Shown: one piece after another, positions 57,560 to 64,000 of the stretch
Position numbering within the stretch: the stretch's first letter is position 1
Layout: each line of letters starts with the position of its first letter
Assembly (NCBI GenBank): GCA_014239655.1
Contig: JAAZYM010000057.1
Span: forward strand, 6,003 to 70,002
DNA length: 64,000 bases
Source of the DNA: Flavobacteriales bacterium
GTDB taxonomy: Bacteria > Bacteroidota > Bacteroidia > Flavobacteriales > BACL11
Direction: 5' to 3'
Position numbers and translations under genes: made by a program
Notes under the pieces: generated by a model
Seen by the model: the letters and a program-made list of their open reading frames with translations, nothing else
What the model was told of the DNA's origin: nothing
The model's database searches: none

Positions 57560-59290
57560 ATGCCCATAGCTTCTTTATTAAATTCTCTGATAAAAACTAT
57601 TCCAAAAAAGCCTGGAGTCTATAGGTTTTATGATCAGGGCCATGAAATTATTTATGTTGGAAAAGCAAAAAACCTAAATAAACGGGTTGCCTCTTACTTC
57701 ATAAAAACCCACAAAAACCTAAAAACCAAAAACCTAGTAAGCAGGATTAGTGACGTAAAATGTATTGTTGTAGAAACTGAAATTGATGCTCTTTTATTAG
57801 AAAACAATCTAATCAAACAATACCAGCCAAAATATAATGTCTTACTAAAAGATGACAAATCATACCCTTGGATATGTATAAGCAACGAAAGGTTTCCTCG
57901 TGTTTTTCAAACAAGAACTGTTGTTAAAAATGGGTCTGAATATTATGGTCCCTACATGTCTACTCGGATTGTTAGTGTTCTTTTAGATTATTTTTCAGAT
58001 ATTTTTTATGACCGTGGCTGGACGCCAATCTCTTATTTAAATCGGGAAATTGATGTTGAGTCCAGAAAGAAATACCTTACCACAGTATCAGAAATTCGTC
58101 AAATATTAAAAGGAGATATTACGGCGATTAGCTCTAAACTAAAAGAGCGTATGGCTGGTTTTTCTAAAAGCCTGGACTTTGAAAATGCTCAAAAAACAAA
58201 AGATCAGCTTTCCCTTCTTAATAATTATCAATCAAAATCTTTAATTGTAAGCTCAAAAATTAATAGTGTTGATGTTTTTACAATTGTCTCTGACAAAAAA
58301 ACAGCTTTTATTAATTATCTAAAGATCGCAAATGGGGCAATTATTCTTTCACATTCAGCAGAAATTAAAAAGAGGCTAGCTGAGGAAGACGAATCTCTTT
58401 TGCAATTTGCTATAACTGACTTAAGAAAACGATTTAATAGTGCCTCTAAAACTATTTATTGTTCACAAAAAATCAATTGTGTTTGGCCACTAACAAAACT
58501 AGTTGTACCTAAAATCGGGGACAAGAAAAAGCTTATTGATCTTTCGCTAAGAAACGCAAAATACATGCAGCTTGAAAAAAAGAAACAAATCCTTCTTAGA
58601 AAAGAAAAAAAAGAAAAAACTAATAGCCTGTCTGTAATTAAAAAAGATTTACGCTTAGCTGTCCTTCCAAAACATATAGAGTGTTTTGACAACTCAAACC
58701 TTCAAGGGACAAATCCTGTTTCGGCTTGTGTTGTGTTTAAAAACGGGAAAGCCAGCAAAAAAGACTATAGATTGTTCAATATTAAAAGTGTTAAAGGGCC
58801 TGATTATTATAAATCTATGGAAGAAGTTGTTTTAAGAAGGTACACGCGTATAGTAAATGAAAAAAAATCACTACCCCAATTAATTATAGTTGACGGAGGT
58901 AAAGGGCAGTTAGGATCTGCCGTTAAAAGTCTAAAAAAACTAAATCTTAATGGAAAGATTGCTATAATTGGTATTGCTAAAAGATTAGAAGAAATTTATT
59001 TTCCAAACGACCCCACCCCCTTGTATTTAGACAAAAAGTCTTCAAGTCTAAAACTCATTCAGCAATTAAGAAATGAAGCTCATAGATTTGGAATTAATCA
59101 TCATAGAATGAAAAGAGTGTCGGAACAACTTAAAACTTCTTTAGAAGATATCGCGGGTATAGGCCCAAAAACATCTGCCCTTTTATTAAAGAAATTTGGT
59201 TCTGTAAAAAACTTACTGAGTGTTGATTATGAAATAGTAAAAGGCCTTATCGGAGAATCAAAAGCAAAGAAGATTTTTAGGAGGTTCTAG
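57560..59290 (+). CDS. uvrC: excinuclease ABC subunit C
   Basis: 576 aa. Has a GIY-YIG domain (PGVYRFYD...IIYVGKAKNL), a UVR-like region, a FDNSN endonuclease segment and a C-terminal HhH (IAGIGPKT). Confidence 0.9.
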   Translation: MPIASLLNSLIKTIPKKPGVYRFYDQGHEIIYVGKAKNLNKRVASYFIKTHKNLKTKNLVSRISDVKCIVVETEIDALLLENNLIKQYQPKYNVLLKDDKSYPWICISNERFPRVFQTRTVVKNGSEYYGPYMSTRIVSVLLDYFSDIFYDRGWTPISYLNREIDVESRKKYLTTVSEIRQILKGDITAISSKLKERMAGFSKSLDFENAQKTKDQLSLLNNYQSKSLIVSSKINSVDVFTIVSDKKTAFINYLKIANGAIILSHSAEIKKRLAEEDESLLQFAITDLRKRFNSASKTIYCSQKINCVWPLTKLVVPKIGDKKKLIDLSLRNAKYMQLEKKKQILLRKEKKEKTNSLSVIKKDLRLAVLPKHIECFDNSNLQGTNPVSACVVFKNGKASKKDYRLFNIKSVKGPDYYKSMEEVVLRRYTRIVNEKKSLPQLIIVDGGKGQLGSAVKSLKKLNLNGKIAIIGIAKRLEEIYFPNDPTPLYLDKKSSSLKLIQQLRNEAHRFGINHHRMKRVSEQLKTSLEDIAGIGPKTSALLLKKFGSVKNLLSVDYEIVKGLIGESKAKKIFRRF

Positions 59291-59292
59291 CC

Positions 59293-59313
59293 CAAAGAAT
59301 TTACATTTCTTTG
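59293..59313. terminator. possible bidirectional terminator hairpin
   Basis: CAAAGAA-tttacat-TTCTTTG forms a 7-bp stem between the convergent uvrC (stop 59290) and lysS (stop 59318). Confidence 0.35.
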
Positions 59314-59317
59314 TGAA

Positions 59318-60823
59318 TTATTTCTCGGCTTTCATTTGTGGAAAAAACAAAACATCTTGAATAGATTTGCTGTTAGTCATAATCATGGCCAACCTATCTA
59401 TTCCTATTCCAAGACCTGCTGTTGGGGGCATTCCGTATTCTATTGCTCTTAAAAAATCTTCATCTAAAACCATAGCCTCTTCATCTCCCTTTTTTGCCAA
59501 CTCAAGCTGTTCTTTAAATCTTTCTCTTTGGTCTATAGGGTCGTTTAGCTCAGAAAATGCATTGCACAGCTCTTTTCCGTTACATATGGTTTCAAAACGC
59601 TCAACCAAGCCCTCTATAGTTCTGTGTTTTTTTGCTAATGGAGACATTTCAACTGGATAATCTGTAATAAATGTTGGTTGAATAATATTCTTTTCACATT
59701 TTTCCCCAAAAATTTCATCAATCAATTTTCCTCGACCCATACTTTTGTCAGTTACAATGTTTAATTTTTTTGCTGTTTCTGCTAATTCTTTTTCATTCAT
59801 TTGAGAAATATCTATACCAGTATATTCTTCTATTGCTTCATACATTGTCATTCTTTTCCACGGATTCTTAAAGCTTATTGTGTTTTCTCCAACTTTTAAA
59901 TCTGTTTTTCCGTGTAAATCTAAAGCTATCTTTTCAACCATTTCTTCAACTAAACACATCATCCAGTTATAGTCTTTGTAAGCAACATACAGTTCCATTT
60001 GTGTAAATTCCGGGTTATGAAACCTGCTCATTCCTTCATTTCTAAAGTCTTTTGAAAATTCGTACACCCCATCAAAACCACCAACTATAAGTCTTTTTAA
60101 ATATAGTTCATTCGCTATTCTCAAATACAAGTCCATATCTAAAGTATTGTGATGTGTTTTAAACGGTCGGGCTGCTGCTCCTCCATATATTGGCTGAAGA
60201 ATTGGTGTCTCCACCTCCATGTATCCCTTGCCGTTTAAGTAAGCCCTCATTGAATTGGTCAATTCAGTTCTTTTAATAAACGCCTCTTTAACATCTGGAT
60301 TAACAACAAGATCTACATACCTGCGTCTATATCTTTTTTCGGGATCCGTGAAGGCGTCGTAAACATTCCCTTCTCCGTCTAATTTTGGTAAGGGCAAAGG
60401 TCTTAATGACTTTGATAACACTGTGATTTTTTTTACTCGAATTGAAATCTCTTTGACTTTTGTTAAAAAAACACACCCTTCAACCCCTATTATATCGCCA
60501 ATATCTAGCAGTTTCTTAAAAACATCATTGTACATTTTTTTGTCTTCTCCCTCACAAACTTCATCTCTATTTATATAAAGCTGAATCTTTCCTTGCGAGT
60601 CTTGTATCTCTGCAAAAGATGCTTTTCCCATAATTCTTCTGCTCATTAATCGTCCTGCAATTACCACGTTTAAATCATCCCCTTCATTAAACTCCTCTTT
60701 TATCTGAGCAGATGTTGTGTTGACACCAAATTCCTCGGCAGGATAACAGTTTATCCCTAGCTCTTTAAGCTTTTGTAGCGATTCCCTTCTCACTAACTCT
60801 TGTTCGGAATAATCTTTAGACAT
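59318..60823 (-). CDS. lysS: lysine--tRNA ligase (class II)
   Basis: 501 aa. Has an OB-fold N-terminal part and class II motifs (FRNEG, and GLGIGIDRL near the C-terminus). Confidence 0.95.
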   Translation of the reverse strand: MSKDYSEQELVRRESLQKLKELGINCYPAEEFGVNTTSAQIKEEFNEGDDLNVVIAGRLMSRRIMGKASFAEIQDSQGKIQLYINRDEVCEGEDKKMYNDVFKKLLDIGDIIGVEGCVFLTKVKEISIRVKKITVLSKSLRPLPLPKLDGEGNVYDAFTDPEKRYRRRYVDLVVNPDVKEAFIKRTELTNSMRAYLNGKGYMEVETPILQPIYGGAAARPFKTHHNTLDMDLYLRIANELYLKRLIVGGFDGVYEFSKDFRNEGMSRFHNPEFTQMELYVAYKDYNWMMCLVEEMVEKIALDLHGKTDLKVGENTISFKNPWKRMTMYEAIEEYTGIDISQMNEKELAETAKKLNIVTDKSMGRGKLIDEIFGEKCEKNIIQPTFITDYPVEMSPLAKKHRTIEGLVERFETICNGKELCNAFSELNDPIDQRERFKEQLELAKKGDEEAMVLDEDFLRAIEYGMPPTAGLGIGIDRLAMIMTNSKSIQDVLFFPQMKAEK

Positions 60824-60862
60824 TTTTATTTTTTTGTAAAGATATAAATTCTTTATTCCTAT

Positions 60863-60870
60863 TATATTTG
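60863..60870 (+). promoter_or_regulatory. -7 promoter box (TAnnTTTG)
   Basis: TATATTTG, 35 nt upstream of the ATG at 60906. Confidence 0.4.
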
Positions 60871-60905
60871 TAATATTGACTTCTTTTACAAAAACATCTT
60901 AAAAT

Positions 60906-61895
60906 ATGAAAATGAACGACTATATTAATGCCTTTGCTAATCACCTAGAAGATGCGTTAACAATCGGTGATAAGGCAAGTATAGCTGTCTCTAAAAAATC
61001 AATTAGTACTGTTCTGATTTGTGGACTAGGAGGAAGCGGTATCGGAGGCTCTATAATCAAAGACGTTGTCTCTAAAAAAACAGGTATTCCTATTGTTGTT
61101 TCTAAAGGGTATAGTATCCCTGGTTTTGTAAACAAAAATACATTAGTAATTGCGTGCTCCTATTCTGGAAACACAGAAGAAACTCTTTCTTCTCTTGAAG
61201 AGTGCTTAAAGAAAAACGCAGAAATTACCATCATAACTTCCGGGGGGAAACTTCAAGAGCTTGCAATAAAAAACACATTAAATCATATTATCATTCCTGG
61301 CGGACATCCTCCTAGAGCAATGTTCGGTTATGGTTTTACACAGCTTTTCTTTATTCTAAATAATTACAAAATTATAACTGACTCTTTTAAAAACGATTTT
61401 ACTGCTGCTATTTCATTAATTAAAGAACATCACTCTAAAATTAAAGATCTAGCCAGTTCTATTGCTGAAAAGTTACACAAAACCACTCCTATAATATATG
61501 TTGCTGACGGTTATGAGGGGGTGGCTATTCGATTACGGCAGCAAATTAATGAAAACAGTAAAATGCTTTGTTGGCACCATGTTGTTCCTGAAATGAATCA
61601 CAATGAGCTTCTTGGGTGGAGAACAAATACAGAAAATCTTTCTGTGCTATATTTAAGAAACGAAAACGATTATTATCGTAATGATGCGAGAATAGAGATT
61701 AATCAGTCCATCGTTAAAAAATATACTAATACTGTGTTAGAGGTTTGGAGTAAGGGCGATTCTATAATAGAAAACTCTGTTTACTTAATTAATCTCGGTG
61801 ATTGGATCTCATGGTATTTGTCTGTTCTTAATAATGTTGATGCAATTGAAATTGATGTTATTAATTTTTTGAAAGAAAAACTTTCAAAAATCTAA
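60906..61895 (+). CDS. SIS-domain bifunctional phosphoglucose/phosphomannose isomerase-like protein
   Basis: 329 aa. Has the SIS phosphosugar-binding segment GLGGSGIGG and a SYSGNTEET motif. Confidence 0.8.
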   Translation: MKMNDYINAFANHLEDALTIGDKASIAVSKKSISTVLICGLGGSGIGGSIIKDVVSKKTGIPIVVSKGYSIPGFVNKNTLVIACSYSGNTEETLSSLEECLKKNAEITIITSGGKLQELAIKNTLNHIIIPGGHPPRAMFGYGFTQLFFILNNYKIITDSFKNDFTAAISLIKEHHSKIKDLASSIAEKLHKTTPIIYVADGYEGVAIRLRQQINENSKMLCWHHVVPEMNHNELLGWRTNTENLSVLYLRNENDYYRNDARIEINQSIVKKYTNTVLEVWSKGDSIIENSVYLINLGDWISWYLSVLNNVDAIEIDVINFLKEKLSKI

Positions 61896-61898
61896 AAA

Positions 61899-62591
61899 AT
61901 GAAGACGGCTCATTTTCATGATATTGGACTAATTGAATATAGAAAAGCCTGGGATTTTCAGGAAAATCTATTTAATAAAATTCTAGATATTAAATCGAAA
62001 AACAGGAATGAGGACAAAAACCTTAAAACAGAAAACCATCTTATTTTTTGCGAACATCCTCATGTCTATACTTTAGGAAACAGCGGAAACCAAGACAATC
62101 TTTTAGTTAACGAGGCTTATTTAAAGGCAAGAGGAGCTTCTTTTTACAAAACAAACAGAGGAGGCGACATTACATATCATGGTCCTGGGCAAATTGTTGG
62201 GTACCCAATATTTGATCTTGACACTTTTTTTAATGATATAGGAAAATATCTGAGGTTTTTAGAAGAAAGTGTTATTCTAACTCTTAAAGAATATGGGATT
62301 CAAGGCGAGCGCTCTTCAGGAGAAACCGGTGTTTGGATAGATGTTGGAAAACCTACAGCTAGAAAAATATGTGCTTTAGGCATAAAAACAAGTAGGTGGG
62401 TAAGTATGCATGGTTTTGCTCTTAATATAAACACTGATTTATCTTATTTTGATAGCATTATTCCTTGTGGAATAAGCAATAAACAGGTAACCTCGTTAAA
62501 GCAAGAAGTAGGAGAAAATGTGGATATTAAAAAAGTCAAAGCTTGTCTTAAGAAACACATAAGCGCTGTTTTTAGACTTTCCCTTGTCTAA
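61899..62591 (+). CDS. lipB: lipoyl(octanoyl) transferase
   Basis: 230 aa. Has the RGGDITYHGPGQ motif, a catalytic Lys/Cys context (RKICALGIK) and PCGI. Confidence 0.9.
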   Translation: MKTAHFHDIGLIEYRKAWDFQENLFNKILDIKSKNRNEDKNLKTENHLIFCEHPHVYTLGNSGNQDNLLVNEAYLKARGASFYKTNRGGDITYHGPGQIVGYPIFDLDTFFNDIGKYLRFLEESVILTLKEYGIQGERSSGETGVWIDVGKPTARKICALGIKTSRWVSMHGFALNINTDLSYFDSIIPCGISNKQVTSLKQEVGENVDIKKVKACLKKHISAVFRLSLV

Positions 62592-62671
62592 TTACAAAAG
62601 TTTATAAAACCAGCGGTAGTTCTAAATAAAAATATTTATTTTTATACTCCCTTATAAAGAGCAATTTTATA

Positions 62672-64000
62672 ATGAACAAAACTCTATTAGAATTTAAAAA
62701 CTTAGTAACCGAATTTCATACGGAAGGAACTACTGTAAAGGCTGTTAATGATATTAGTTTTTCCCTAAATAAAGGAGAAACGGTCGGAATTGTCGGGGAA
62801 TCTGGTTCAGGAAAATCAGTAACTTCTTTATCTGCAATGAGATTAATTCCTAGTCCTCCTGGGATTATAAGTGGAGGAGAAATTATTTTTCATAAAACCA
62901 ATGGAGAAAAAGTAGATTTACTACAGGTCTCAGAAGAAGAAATGAGATCTTATCGGGGAAACGATATTGCGATGATTTTTCAGGAGCCTATGACTTCTCT
63001 AAACCCTGTTTTTACCTGCGGAGATCAAGTCCTAGAAGCTATAATGCTACATCAAAAATTAAATGCTCATGAGGCCAAAAGCCTTACTATCGAACTTTTT
63101 AAAAAAGTTCAGCTCCCTGATCCGGAAAGAATTTTTAGCACATATCCCCATCAAATTTCTGGTGGCCAAAAACAGCGTGTTATGATTGCTATGGCTATGA
63201 GCTGTGAGCCTTCTGTTTTAATTGCAGACGAACCAACAACAGCGTTAGATGTTACTGTACAAAAAACTATCTTGTTGCTTATGCAAGAGCTTCAAAGAGA
63301 ACAGGATATGGGTATTCTATTTATAACACATGACCTTGGTGTAATTGCTGAATTAGCTGACAAAGTTGTTGTTATGTACAAAGGAAAAATAGTAGAACAA
63401 GGAAATGTATGGGAAATCTTTACCAACCCTCAGCACCCTTATACAAAAGGTCTTTTGGCCTGCAGGCCTCCACTAGAAAAAAGATATTCATTCCTTCCAA
63501 CGGTTAGTGACTTTATGAAAATAGGGCCTGACGGAAATATTGTTGATAATAATATTAACGTTGAAGATTTTACAAAAAACCTTGTGGTTTCAGAAACGGA
63601 AAGAAAAGAAAAACAAAAAATCTTATTTTCTAAAAACCCGGTGTTAAAACTAAAAAATCTTAAAACCTATTTTCCAATAAGAAATGGTTTTTTTGGAGGA
63701 GTATCTAATTATGTGAAGGCAGTAAACAATGTTACTTTTGATGTTTATCCTGGAGAAACCCTTGGTCTTGTTGGAGAGTCTGGATGTGGAAAAACTACTA
63801 TCGGAAGAACTATTCTTAGGCTTGAAGAGCCTACTGAAGGATCTATGTTGTATAACGGTCAAGATATTGCTCAAATGAATACTGATGAGTTGCGAAGCTT
63901 TAGAAAAGAAGTTCAAATTATTTTTCAGGACCCCTATTCTTCTTTAAACCCTAGAATGACAATAGGTAATGCAATTATGGAGCCTATGCAGGTTCATAGT
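62672..64000 (+). CDS. ABC transporter ATP-binding protein with duplicated ATPase domains (oligopeptide/dipeptide-type), 3' end outside the window
   Basis: Own translation from the ATG at 62672. The first domain has Walker A GESGSGKS, the signature ISGGQKQR and Walker [12 protein letters not shown]. The second domain starts with GESGCGKT. The frame is open to base 64000 (443 codons). It is not in the ORF track because it has no stop in the window. Confidence 0.9.
   Translation, partial: MNKTLLEFKNLVTEFHTEGTTVKAVNDISFSLNKGETVGIVGESGSGKSVTSLSAMRLIPSPPGIISGGEIIFHKTNGEKVDLLQVSEEEMRSYRGNDIAMIFQEPMTSLNPVFTCGDQVLEAIMLHQKLNAHEAKSLTIELFKKVQLPDPERIFSTYPHQISGGQKQRVMIAMAMSCEPSVLIADEPTTALDVTVQKTILLLMQELQREQDMGILFITHDLGVIAELADKVVVMYKGKIVEQGNVWEIFTNPQHPYTKGLLACRPPLEKRYSFLPTVSDFMKIGPDGNIVDNNINVEDFTKNLVVSETERKEKQKILFSKNPVLKLKNLKTYFPIRNGFFGGVSNYVKAVNNVTFDVYPGETLGLVGESGCGKTTIGRTILRLEEPTEGSMLYNGQDIAQMNTDELRSFRKEVQIIFQDPYSSLNPRMTIGNAIMEPMQVHS

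Noticed and set aside
63650-63916. 88-aa minus-strand ORF
   Set aside because: It is antisense to the second ATPase domain of the ABC protein that I translated from 62672 to the window end.
1-64000. Search by eye for CRISPR arrays, tandem or long inverted repeats, IS elements, integrases, tRNA or rRNA genes and phage-like modules
   Set aside because: I found none. All intergenic gaps are under 300 nt, and none has tRNA-like or direct-repeat structure. A computational repeat and tRNA scan would be needed to exclude short or degenerate elements.

Overview
This is an AT-rich (about one-third G+C by eye), densely packed chromosomal segment. It looks like a Bacteroidota genome, probably Flavobacteriia-like. 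The taxonomic call rests on four things: TAnnTTTG -7 promoter boxes upstream of many start codons, no obvious Shine-Dalgarno sequences, type A and type B T9SS C-terminal sorting domains, and an S46 dipeptidyl-peptidase alongside long-form PurF and eukaryote-like IleRS. I support about 61 protein genes, two of them truncated by the window edges. Most are housekeeping. They include an aa3-type cytochrome c oxidase cluster, trhO-queD, cysS, nadD-gmk-yicC, polA, lepA and purD/purQ/purF. They also include a succinate dehydrogenase operon, a nine-gene SUF Fe-S assembly operon, ileS-dksA-like-lspA, asd, uvrC, lysS and lipB. I saw no rRNA, tRNA, CRISPR array, transposase, integrase or long repeat. Four places deserve a second look. 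(1) 44178-46749 is a translationally coupled four-gene cassette with its own promoter: an animal-type group II PLP decarboxylase, a 217-aa protein with a His...His...NCxxF pattern, a 97-aa HCxxC protein and a CxxC thioredoxin-fold protein. (2) The succinate dehydrogenase has an anchor subunit (28784-29626) that is not the usual Bacteroidota b558 cytochrome. It carries a CH-x3-H / CxxCxH cluster reminiscent of the mycobacterial Sdh1 membrane Rieske subunit. (3) Two tandem CotH kinase-fold proteins are exported through different T9SS sorting domains. (4) A small island holds two paralogous two-helix mini-proteins with their own promoter and terminator. All functional calls come from reading the translations for motifs. 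No database search was possible.
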